Positions 1 to 8,086 of a stretch of DNA of 64,000 nucleotides are shown here, piece after piece. The notes beneath the pieces are model-generated. The model worked only from the letters and a program-made list of their open reading frames with translations. It ran no database searches and had not been told where the DNA came from. Within the stretch, counting starts at the first letter, position 1. The number at the start of each line of letters is the position of its first letter. This DNA is from Acidobacteriota bacterium (lineage in GTDB: Bacteria > Acidobacteriota > Blastocatellia > RBC074): contig JBBIWA010000022.1 of assembly GCA_037439425.1 (NCBI GenBank), positions 1 to 64,000 of the forward strand. Reading direction: 5' to 3'. Position numbers and translations under genes: made by a program.

Positions 1-136
1 GCACGGTAGCCGCAATACCAGGCATATCAGTTCAGCTGGTGACTTGATCTTGCGGGCGCGAACAAAAGCTTTGCACTTGTAAGCCGATTCGATCAAGTCC
101 GGCGGCAAATCTTTCAACAGTTCTTCATCCTGGCGC
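1..136 (-). mobile_element. IS4-family transposase, N-terminal fragment truncated by window edge (Nterm_IS4-like: LPPDLIESAYKCKAFVRARKIKSPAELICLVL)
   Basis: The reverse-strand translation of 1-136 matches the conserved IS4 transposase N-terminal domain pattern (LtPElI...RrRKLPaelvvwLvi). The ORF runs off the window start. The start is probably GTG near 136. Confidence 0.45.
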
Positions 137-141
137 ACATG

Positions 142-369
142 GGCCTTGCGCCGTGGAGCTTCACGTTTGTGGCTACACACGCACGGGCAGGAGCATTTTG
201 AGAGGCCACGGCCTTGTGCCGTGGAGCTTCACGTTTGTGGCTAGCCATCGACGTTTTTTCCTAAACGCTCTCAATTCGCGCTTACAGTAGCCAGGATCGT
301 GAGACTCAACTTTGAATTTCGGATTGCGAATTGCGAATTGCGAATTTGGTAGCCAGGATCGTGAGACTC
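142..369. repeat. Cluster of four roughly 20-34 bp repeats, core GAG(C/T)(T/C)TCACG-N4-TGGCTA. Two direct copies (142-175, 210-243; 33/34 identical, 34-bp spacer) and two inverted copies (288-307, 350-369).
   Basis: Direct reading of the sequence. Copies of the same core recur at 5187-5293. Confidence 0.8.
308..349. repeat. Tandem heptamer GAATTGC/GGATTGC array (aatttcggattgcgaattgcgaattgcgaatttgg), flanked by the inverted 20-mers tagccaggatcgtgagactc
   Basis: Seen directly. The same unusual motif recurs at 61837-61912. Confidence 0.8.
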
Positions 370-571
370 CACGGCGCAAGGCCGTGGCATCTTTGCGGCA
401 AAATGTCACCTCTGCCGGCGTGCCCCTATTCTCGCCCCCACCACCACCTGTGAATAATGCGTCTCGCCTCTGTTGCCCTCGCGCCTCAAACTTCCAGCAG
501 AGTTGGTCTTCTTCGAAGGAAGATATTCGCTTGAAATCGAAAGCGACCGGGTAATACTTCTCACCACTCGG

Positions 572-678
572 TCACAAACCACACACTCCATCCGACTCTC
601 CGCCGCCCATCAAATTCGCGCGCTAGCTCAAAAGGCTCTGGAAGTCACAAACCGCACACTCTATCAGACTCTCCGCCG
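572..678. repeat. Two 34-bp direct repeats (tcacaaaccRcacactcYatcMgactctccgccg) separated by a 39-bp spacer. A tandem cctcaaagactcgYtcccRctcccg x2 follows at about 770-830.
   Basis: Seen directly. There are only two degenerate copies. Confidence 0.6.
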
Positions 679-1121
679 TCCCCTCTAAGACCTCAGGCCG
701 TGACCTGCCGCAACGGCTTGGTCGGTACCACGCCCAAGCTCTCTCGCATCTGTGTGTCTGACGCTATCTCCTCTACCTCAAAGACTCGCTCCCACTCCCG
801 CCTCAAAGACTCGTTCCCGCTCCCGCTCGCCCAGGCTGGTTCTTCATCCCTCTCTGATACTCAAACAAGCTTGGGTGCTGGAGGAAGAAGATCGCAAAGA
901 CGCTGAAGTGCCATCCCAGCCACTGCGAAAGCGGTCTCGCGCTCACGACTCTCAAGGACTTGCTTGAAGACGCCGGTGGTGAGTAAATCTCGAAAAGCTT
1001 CAAAAGTTAAACTCTTGAGAGGTCTGATGGTGGGAGTTTAATGCTTTACTCTTCACCTCTGACGCGCTTACTTCAGAACCTCTCCCGGGTCAAGCGCAGA
1101 AACTCTTGTGTCTCATTCAAC

Positions 1122-1154
1122 TATTTACAGCCGTATCCGGCTAAGCGGGAATCG
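1122..1154 (+). repeat. 33-nt motif tatttacagccgtatccggctaagcgggaatcg containing the hairpin AGCCG-tatc-CGGCT. A near-identical copy lies at 30847-30880.
   Basis: 31/33 identity between two loci 29.7 kb apart, both next to transposase remnants. Confidence 0.7.
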
Positions 1155-1374
1155 CTGCAGACAAATATCTTCCAATCCGAAGGTAAAACTCTCTGCTCAC
1201 TATAGCGGCTTGCGATTGAACGAGGAATTTCTTCCTGACGACTGACTACTGGCCAAAACCTGCTAGCTGCGGTCAAGGCCAGATATTTTTAGCCAGTCGC
1301 CAGTCGTCAGGTGGTGGTCGTCAGTAATCACCTATTCATCCAACGGAAAATCGCTATAACCTAAGGGAAGAACT

Positions 1375-2361
1375 TCAATGAAGCTGCTGCATGATCTCCG
1401 GGCGGCTGAGAGCAGCCATCAGTGCAGCGACATCGCCAATGCGCTCGCCTAAAGCAGCAGGAACAATTTCGCAGGCAGCGACAGCTTGCGGCAAAGCCTC
1501 TGCAGCTAACACTCGTCTGGCAGAGGCCAGCACACGCTCCCCCAAGGCCACCGCCAGCGAACCGAGCACAATCACCTGCGGATTGAGCGTATCAACCAGC
1601 AGCGCCATGCCACGTCCCATCCACTCACCCACTTCAGAGGCTATGGCCAGCGCCTCTGGATCATCAGCCAACATGGCCTCGACCAAAGCGCGAATCGAAG
1701 TCTCAACAGACCAGCGGTGCGGGAAGCGACGGCGCGCCAATTCAAGAAGCCCGGCGCCTGAAGCGAAGCCTTCCCACGAACCGGCCTTGCCAAAACCAAC
1801 CGGCCCGTCTGGCCACAGTCTCAGATGTCCAACTTCACCAGCCGTGTCGGTTGCGCCGTGCACCACCTGACCATTGACAATCAACCCCGCTCCCAAACCA
1901 GTGCCGAAAGTGAGAAAGATGAGATGGCGCAGATCCTTTCGCCCGCGCCCGACGCCAAAGTGAAACTCCGCCAATGCTCCAGCATTGCCATCGTGCTCGA
2001 CAAAGACTGGTAGAGCTGGAAACCGCTGTTCCAAGGACTCCTTCAGTCGCACACCGTGCCAGCCCGGCAAATGCGGCGGATCAATCAACACCCCTTCATT
2101 GATGCGCAGCGGCCCGCCTACGGAGACGCTGATCGCCATCACACTCCGCCCCGCCTGCTCAGCTTCAGCCAGCACGTGCTCCATCAACGCTGATAGGCGC
2201 GGAAAGGTCTCCGCGAAAGGGCGCAGCGCTTCGGTAGGAACTTCGTAACGCTGGAGGATCTGCGCCTGGCTGGTTCCTTCAACCACCGCGGTCTTCGTGC
2301 CGCCGACATCGAGACCTACAACTGTGCGCGCTTGATCGGTTTGCTTGCTGGAAGATGCCAT
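1375..2361 (-). CDS. ROK family sugar kinase (glucokinase-like, no N-terminal HTH)
   Basis: N-terminal VVGLDVGGTKTAV ATP-binding motif, ROK signature region, 328 aa. Confidence 0.8.
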   Translation of the reverse strand: MASSSKQTDQARTVVGLDVGGTKTAVVEGTSQAQILQRYEVPTEALRPFAETFPRLSALMEHVLAEAEQAGRSVMAISVSVGGPLRINEGVLIDPPHLPGWHGVRLKESLEQRFPALPVFVEHDGNAGALAEFHFGVGRGRKDLRHLIFLTFGTGLGAGLIVNGQVVHGATDTAGEVGHLRLWPDGPVGFGKAGSWEGFASGAGLLELARRRFPHRWSVETSIRALVEAMLADDPEALAIASEVGEWMGRGMALLVDTLNPQVIVLGSLAVALGERVLASARRVLAAEALPQAVAACEIVPAALGERIGDVAALMAALSRPEIMQQLH

Positions 2362-2370
2362 CGCAGGAAA

Positions 2371-2838
2371 TCACTCGATCTCGACAAATTGCACCGAGCC
2401 ATCTGGACTGGAATCGGCAAAATAAAGCTCAACTGGTAGGCGCGGGAAGCGCTCCTGGATGAGTTGGCGAGCCTTGCGCAAATTGGCAACCTGCTTTTGA
2501 TTCAGATCGGTTTCCAGGAAGAAAAACTGGGCCTGCTCTTTGAAGAAGAGGCAATCATCGTGGCCGATGAGAATGATCTTGCGTGGCTGGCCTCGCTTCA
2601 CCAGAAACGAGATGTTTTGCAGCGCAATCTTAGCAAACTTGGGCAGGAATTGCTCTAGCGAGAGAGCGTGGCCGCCGCCGGGGACGGCCAACAGCGAGTA
2701 ACTGCGCAGCCGCAACCACTCAGTCAAGAAATCACGAAAGCTGTTTTGAAACCGGTGATCGCTGCAATGAATGACCACCGCCTCGGCGGCCGTATCTTCT
2801 CGCTTGAACCCGGGACGATACAAAATTTGACGATCCAT
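2371..2838 (-). CDS. Hypothetical protein with beta-carbonic-anhydrase-like motifs (HCSDHR, GHDDC)
   Basis: 155-aa ORF co-directional with, and 10 bp from, the ROK gene. The CxDxR and HxxC motifs resemble a beta-CA zinc site, but the protein is short. Confidence 0.35.
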   Translation of the reverse strand: MDRQILYRPGFKREDTAAEAVVIHCSDHRFQNSFRDFLTEWLRLRSYSLLAVPGGGHALSLEQFLPKFAKIALQNISFLVKRGQPRKIILIGHDDCLFFKEQAQFFFLETDLNQKQVANLRKARQLIQERFPRLPVELYFADSSPDGSVQFVEIE

Positions 2839-2852
2839 GATCCACTATTCAG

Positions 2853-4412
2853 TTACAGCTCTCTAGGTTCCTGGCCAGCAGTGGCGCCCGCTTCAGCCTC
2901 CTGTTTGAGACCCAGTTGCGCAAGCAGGTGGGGAACGTTTAGCCCCAGCGCTTCAAGCTGCTGCAAGAGATTGAAGATCACTGCCGGAGCAGTGGCTGCG
3001 AAGCGCCCCGCTCCGCTGGCGCCGTGGGCGGTGCTATTGCCTTGCTCAATCACTACCACTTTGTCTATGTTGCCCAGCGGAGCAGCAACCGCGCCGAAGA
3101 CAGGCGCTGAAGCCTGAATGATAGAGGGTAACTTTTCGAGAATGGTTTGCAAGCGAGCCGCTTCATTGAACTGCTTCCAGGCCTCTGCCTTTTTGAAGAT
3201 CGCAGCAGCTTCGGCCAGGCCCTGCGCTTCGATGGCTTTCGCCTGCGCCAGCCCCATCGCTTCGATCTTGGCAGCTTCGGCTTTGCCTTCAGCTTCAATC
3301 GCTGCGGCGCGACCGAGCCCCTCCTTGCGCAATCGCTCCTGTTCAGCTTCGGCTATCGCGATCAAAGCCATCTTCTTGCCTTCGGCTTCAAGGATGGCAG
3401 CTTGTTTAGCAGCTTCAGCCTTGAGTACAACAGCGGTGCGTTCGGCGTTAGCCGGTTTGACGACATTCGCTTCAAGCTCTTTTTCGCGGCGTAGGACCTC
3501 TTGTTCCTGGACGGCAATCTGTTCCTGCGTGCGGATCCTTTCAATGCGTACCTCTTCGGCCACTACAGCCTGACGCGCTTTGGCCGATGAAAGCGGCCCG
3601 GCTTGCTGGGCCGAAGCGCGCTCGCGTTCGACTTCGGCCTGATACTGTGCCTTTTTGACTTCCATATCGCGCTGCGCCTGCGCGATGTTGGCTTCAGATT
3701 CCAGCCGCACCTTTTCCCCTTCTTGCATTGCCAGCGAGGCTTTAATCTTGGAATCACGCATGGCTTCAGCTTCACCGATCTGCGCGTCACGTTTGACCTC
3801 AGCCGTGCGCCGTTTGCCGAGCGCGTCGAGGTAGCCTTCTTCATCACTGATCTCCTGAATGGTGAGCACATCCACGCCGATGCCCATGCGCTCCAGATCG
3901 GTCGCCGCTTCAGTGGTCAGTTTCTGCGCGAAGCTCTGGCGATCGTTGTTGATCTCTTCGACAGTCAAGGTGCCGAGAATGGCGCGCAGGTGACCTTCCA
4001 GCGTCTGGAAGATGACCCGCTGGACTTCCTGTGGCGACATGCCGAGGAAGCGCTCTGCTGCTGCTTGCAGCGAGATGTCATCGCTTCTGATCTTCACGTT
4101 GGCGACCGCTTTGACCGACACCGGCACGCCTTTGAGCGTGTAGGCGCGGCGAATTTCGAGCGGAATGGTGATGACGTTCAGCGAGAGGTAGTCCACCTTC
4201 TCCAGCAGTGGAATGCGCAGCGCGGCTCCGCCCTTGACTAACCGATAGCCCACGATCCGTCCATCCGGCAAGCGCCGTTTGCGGCCGCTGAAGACCGCCG
4301 CAGCATTGGGCGGGACTTTGATGTAGTTTTTGCTGAAGAGCCAGATCGCAATCAGAACTGAGAGTAGAATGAGCAGAACTACTACCGGTATAAACAAAGT
4401 TTCAAACGACAT
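2853..4412 (-). CDS. Flotillin / SPFH (band 7) domain protein, FloT/YqiK-like, with long Ala/Glu-rich coiled-coil
   Basis: N-terminal TM segment, SPFH domain, EA-repeat coiled coil, 519 aa. Confidence 0.9.
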   Translation of the reverse strand: MSFETLFIPVVVLLILLSVLIAIWLFSKNYIKVPPNAAAVFSGRKRRLPDGRIVGYRLVKGGAALRIPLLEKVDYLSLNVITIPLEIRRAYTLKGVPVSVKAVANVKIRSDDISLQAAAERFLGMSPQEVQRVIFQTLEGHLRAILGTLTVEEINNDRQSFAQKLTTEAATDLERMGIGVDVLTIQEISDEEGYLDALGKRRTAEVKRDAQIGEAEAMRDSKIKASLAMQEGEKVRLESEANIAQAQRDMEVKKAQYQAEVERERASAQQAGPLSSAKARQAVVAEEVRIERIRTQEQIAVQEQEVLRREKELEANVVKPANAERTAVVLKAEAAKQAAILEAEGKKMALIAIAEAEQERLRKEGLGRAAAIEAEGKAEAAKIEAMGLAQAKAIEAQGLAEAAAIFKKAEAWKQFNEAARLQTILEKLPSIIQASAPVFGAVAAPLGNIDKVVVIEQGNSTAHGASGAGRFAATAPAVIFNLLQQLEALGLNVPHLLAQLGLKQEAEAGATAGQEPREL

Positions 4413-4432
4413 GGCAACACCTCCTTCCTGAA

Positions 4433-4993
4433 TTATGTTTGAGGCGGGCCGATCGGGCTGACGATGACTGCTTCACCCACGATCTCTTCGATCTTGACCA
4501 GTGAGTTGGAAGGGATCGCTCTGCCATCGCGAGAGCGGGCAATCTTGTCAACCATACTTTCTCCCACCAGGCAACGCACCTGCCCGACTCCACCGGATGG
4601 AATGCCGACAGTCACTTGCGCCGTGCGCCCAAGCAGGTCCGTCGTACTGACTGTGCTGCTGGCTTGTTGTCCGTAAAGAAACCGGGCGAAGAAGTAGACC
4701 AGCCCCCCCAACACCACACCGCCACTGACGCCCAAAAAAGAGCTGAAGAAGATCCCGAAGCCCTGATAGATGCCAATCGCGCCAAACCCGCCGAAGGCCG
4801 TGATGAAGACGCTGATCACGCGCGGGCTGAGCAACCCCGGCCCGCCGTGATCCCAGTCGTGATCCGCGGAGCCGAGATCGGCATGCTCGAAGATTTCGCC
4901 GAAGATGAGAGAGACCAAAAGAAAGAGGAACCCAACGGCTGCGATTCCTAGGAATACCCAGAGTGCACTAAGCTGTGACAACAGCTCCCACAT
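4433..4993 (-). CDS. NfeD-family membrane protein (flotillin partner)
   Basis: Polytopic N-terminus plus C-terminal OB-like domain. Lies immediately upstream of flotillin in the classic nfeD-floT arrangement. Confidence 0.8.
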   Translation of the reverse strand: MWELLSQLSALWVFLGIAAVGFLFLLVSLIFGEIFEHADLGSADHDWDHGGPGLLSPRVISVFITAFGGFGAIGIYQGFGIFFSSFLGVSGGVVLGGLVYFFARFLYGQQASSTVSTTDLLGRTAQVTVGIPSGGVGQVRCLVGESMVDKIARSRDGRAIPSNSLVKIEEIVGEAVIVSPIGPPQT

Positions 4994-5186
4994 GTGGCTG
5001 GCTCCTGTCAGCGGGGGAGAATCTTGATTCGGTTGTGAAGCCTGATCTTCATCCTTGAGCGGAGCGGGATTCTATCACAGGCACTGCCTGAAGCGCGAAT
5101 CTATCAGGTCGCTTCTGCCAGGGCGCACCCACGGAAGTGGGTGGAGCTTTTCAAGCTTGTCATTACCTAGATTTTTGTATGCCGAT

Positions 5187-5293
5187 GCCACGAGACAACT
5201 CTTGTGGAGCCTCACGCTAGTGGCGACAGCAAGCTACCAGAGCGTTGAAGAGGCCACAAGACTTGTCTTGTAGAGTCTCACGCTGGTGGCTAC
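5187..5293. repeat. Two 41-bp direct repeats (gccacRagacNNNtcttgtRgagYctcacgctRgtggcKac; about 32/41 identity, 25-bp spacer). They share the GAGYCTCACG..TGGCKAC core with the 142-369 cluster and contain internal palindromes.
   Basis: Seen directly. Confidence 0.75.
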
Positions 5294-5495
5294 GGTAGCC
5301 GACAAGGTGAACCACCACGAGGCAAGCTCGTGATATCGGTAACCCAGGCGCGCGCCTAGCCGGCAACGTGAATCACTAACCACGCAGCTCCTGGCAATGA
5401 GCTCACCTCAGAGAGAGAATCGAGGATGAGGTGACCGCGTCAAAATTTTGGGAACTTTTCAGCCGTTCGGTGTCCCTTTAGCTATGGAAGGCGTC

Positions 5496-5545
5496 GCCAG
5501 TGACGGCCAGTGACGGCCAGTGACGGCCAGTGACGGCCAGTGACG
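5496..5545. repeat. Perfect tandem repeat (GCCAGTGACG)x5, 41 bp upstream of the ECF sigma start codon
   Basis: Five exact 10-bp units seen directly. The ORF-track N-terminal extension of the sigma ORF is translation of this repeat. Confidence 0.95.
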
Positions 5546-5586
5546 GAAGGAAGCAGGCCGCAAGCGCGCGACCGAAAGCGAGGCAG

Positions 5587-6207
5587 ATGAAAAAGGTTCC
5601 CCATAACCCCAGCGATGAGGAACTGCTGCGACTGATGCTGGCCGGAGACGGTCAGGCTTTTGAGCAGCTTTACGAACGATGGCAAGCTGCCATTTATCGG
5701 TTTGCGCTGCGGATGAGTGGCTCCGAGCCCCTGGCTGAGGATGTCACCCAGGATGTCTTTCTGAGGCTGATGCGAGACGGCTGGCAGTACAAAGCGCGCG
5801 GCTCGTTCGCCGCCTACCTGCTGGCGATGGCTCGTCATTGCCTGCTGCGCCGCCTGCAACAGGAGCGCCGCTTCATCACCTTTGAAGCAGGGACGGATGA
5901 TGGGATGCTGGCTGAGGAGCGGCTGATGGCGGAGACCGATCCGCTGGCTGAATTGACGCGCGAGGAGATGATTGCAGCAGTGCAGCAGGCAATTGAGGGT
6001 TTGCCCCTGCATTATCGTGAAGTGGTGTTATTGTGCCATCTGCACGAGCTGAGTTATGCCGAAGCAGCGGCGGTGATCGGCTGTGAAGTGGGGACGGTGC
6101 GTTCGCGGTTGCATCGCGCCCGCGCTCTGCTGGCCGAAAAATTGCGCTTTCTGGGGAAAGCCGATAAGGCTGCGCATCATCTCCCTCTGACGGGGTGCTT
6201 AATATGA
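5587..6207 (+). CDS. RNA polymerase sigma-70 factor, ECF subfamily
   Basis: Region 2 (YRFALRMSG..DVTQDVFLRL) and region 4 (LSYAEAAAVIGCEVGTVRSRLHRAR) motifs. The start is set at MKKVPHN, after the tandem repeat. Confidence 0.85.
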   Translation: MKKVPHNPSDEELLRLMLAGDGQAFEQLYERWQAAIYRFALRMSGSEPLAEDVTQDVFLRLMRDGWQYKARGSFAAYLLAMARHCLLRRLQQERRFITFEAGTDDGMLAEERLMAETDPLAELTREEMIAAVQQAIEGLPLHYREVVLLCHLHELSYAEAAAVIGCEVGTVRSRLHRARALLAEKLRFLGKADKAAHHLPLTGCLI

Positions 6208-6983
6208 ATTGCCAACAGTTTGAGAAGCTCGTAGTTGATTTGGCCAGCGATTATTTGATGGAGGCAACTACCGCCGCCAGCGCGCTGGCGCACACGAAAG
6301 ATTGCGCGCGCTGCGCCGCGCGGCTAGCTGCTGAACGCAGACTGACCGAAGCATTGCGCACATTTGCAGTGAGTGAAGCAGCCGTGCGCGCGCCGGAGCG
6401 CGTCAGGCTGACGCTGCGCGCGGCTTTCGATAAACACCTGGCGGAGACTGCTGCGGTTGCTTCGCTGTCGCCTGCGCGCCACCTGGTGCGGTGGTGGGTG
6501 GCGACTGCTGCCGCGATTCTTTTGCTAGCGGCCTTCACTGTGGCGCTGTGGGTGCGGACGAGCCAGATGGAAAAGGAGCCAGTAGCGGGCACAAGACAGC
6601 CAAAGCAGCTCCAGCCTTCAGTGCCGCCGAAGACTGGAGTAAAGTCTATCGTTGAGGGCGAGCCGAACAAGCTGGCAATCGCGCGCAGCAGTGATGCAGC
6701 AGTTACGGCGCAGCCACGCTCCAGGCGCGCCGGGCGCGAGCGCCAGATAGAAGTAGACAGTGAAAGCGAGGAAGAGGAGAGTGAAGCCGAATTTATTCCG
6801 CTCACGCTGGTGGCGCAAACAGAACCGGGTGAGACCGAACAGGTGGTGCGCGTCGAGGTCTCACGCTTGACGCTGTTGTTGTGGCGCCTGCCAGTGAGTG
6901 CTGAACGCGGAGAGGAAAGGGTGCAGGCCGAGGTGGTGATCGGTGAGGATGGCGTCGCGCGCGCCGTTCGCATCCTCAATTGA
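6204..6983 (+). CDS. Anti-sigma factor (zf-HC2 type, single TM, Pro/Ala-rich periplasmic domain)
   Basis: ATGA overlap with the sigma stop, Cys/His-rich N-terminus (CARCAAR), TM helix WWVATAAAILLLAAFTVALWV. Confidence 0.7.
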   Translation: MNCQQFEKLVVDLASDYLMEATTAASALAHTKDCARCAARLAAERRLTEALRTFAVSEAAVRAPERVRLTLRAAFDKHLAETAAVASLSPARHLVRWWVATAAAILLLAAFTVALWVRTSQMEKEPVAGTRQPKQLQPSVPPKTGVKSIVEGEPNKLAIARSSDAAVTAQPRSRRAGRERQIEVDSESEEEESEAEFIPLTLVAQTEPGETEQVVRVEVSRLTLLLWRLPVSAERGEERVQAEVVIGEDGVARAVRILN

Positions 6984-7082
6984 ACCATGAATTGAACCAT
7001 GGAAGTGCTCAGTTACGCCGTTTTTGCTTCTGCAGACAAACCCTCAACAAACTTTCGGCGGCTTCTACTAAGGAGTAAGCAA

Positions 7083-7913
7083 ATGAAAAGCTCTCGCAGA
7101 GGATTGGCTATCGCAATTGGTTGCTGGCTTGTGTGGTTGATCTGCGTGGCGCAGCCTGTCGCGCAGCAGCCGCCTGACCACCAAGGACGACCTGGACCGC
7201 CGTTTGGGAGAGGCGGCCCGGAGGGGCCCGGCTTTCCCGAGCCAGGGTTCAGATTCATCTCTTCCGAGATGCGCTTCGGGGGCAAAGTGGTCAAGGGCGC
7301 GCCCTACTCGGCTGAGGTCATCACCGAAAGCACGCAGACGCTCAGTGATGGCACGAAGCTGAGCTGGCGGGCGACAGCGCTCGTTTACCGCGACAGTGAG
7401 GGCCGCACCCGGCGCGAACAATCATCAACGGCTGCTGGTCCATTCGCGACCGAGGCTCCGCGCATGATCTTCATTAACGATCCGGTGGCAGGATTTTCTT
7501 ACACGCTCTTCCCGGACAGCATGATGGCGCGTAAATTACCCCTCCCCTCGCCGAATGCAAGGCGGGGGCCGCCGCAGGCGTCCTCTCACGATCGTTCCTC
7601 GCTGGGCGAGCTGAAGACCGAAGCGCTCGGCAAGCAAATGATCGAAGGGATCGAAGCTGAAGGCACGCGCACCACGATCACGATTCCGGAAAACAAGATC
7701 GGCAATGACCGGCCGATTGAAATCGTGCACGAACGCTGGTATTCGCCAGAGCTCCAAACGATCGTGCTGAGCAAACACCGCGATCCGCGCTGGGGCGAGA
7801 CGGTCTTCAGGCTATCTGGTATCAATCGCAGCGAACCCGATCGCGCGCTCTTTGAACTACCAAGCGGCTACACCGTCAGAGAGGAGAGAAGAGGGAAAAG
7901 GGAGGAAAGATAG
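7083..7913 (+). CDS. Hypothetical secreted protein (signal peptide, Gly/Pro-rich N-terminal region)
   Basis: Signal peptide MKSSRRGLAIAIGCWLVWLICVAQP. Downstream of and co-directional with the sigma/anti-sigma pair. Confidence 0.5.
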   Translation: MKSSRRGLAIAIGCWLVWLICVAQPVAQQPPDHQGRPGPPFGRGGPEGPGFPEPGFRFISSEMRFGGKVVKGAPYSAEVITESTQTLSDGTKLSWRATALVYRDSEGRTRREQSSTAAGPFATEAPRMIFINDPVAGFSYTLFPDSMMARKLPLPSPNARRGPPQASSHDRSSLGELKTEALGKQMIEGIEAEGTRTTITIPENKIGNDRPIEIVHERWYSPELQTIVLSKHRDPRWGETVFRLSGINRSEPDRALFELPSGYTVREERRGKREER

Positions 7914-8086
7914 GACAGAAGCTCCAGGGGCCGAGGCCCGAAAAGAAGCTCAGAGAGATAACCCGGAAAGGCAGCCGATTTTTTTGAAACTGCTTTTCAG
8001 AAGCTTTCGTCTAAGATGTGGAAACAGTGCTCTCAGATATGGCCCCTGAGAGCAGTTAATAGTCTTTACAGAGTGAGAAGGACGTT

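Noticed and set aside
142-678. CRISPR-like geometry: 34-bp repeat / 34-bp spacer / 34-bp repeat (142-243) and 34/39/34 (572-678)
   Set aside because: There are only two copies per block, with 1-4 mismatches. The neighbouring copies are inverted. No cas genes are present. More consistent with REP-like or IS-associated repeats.
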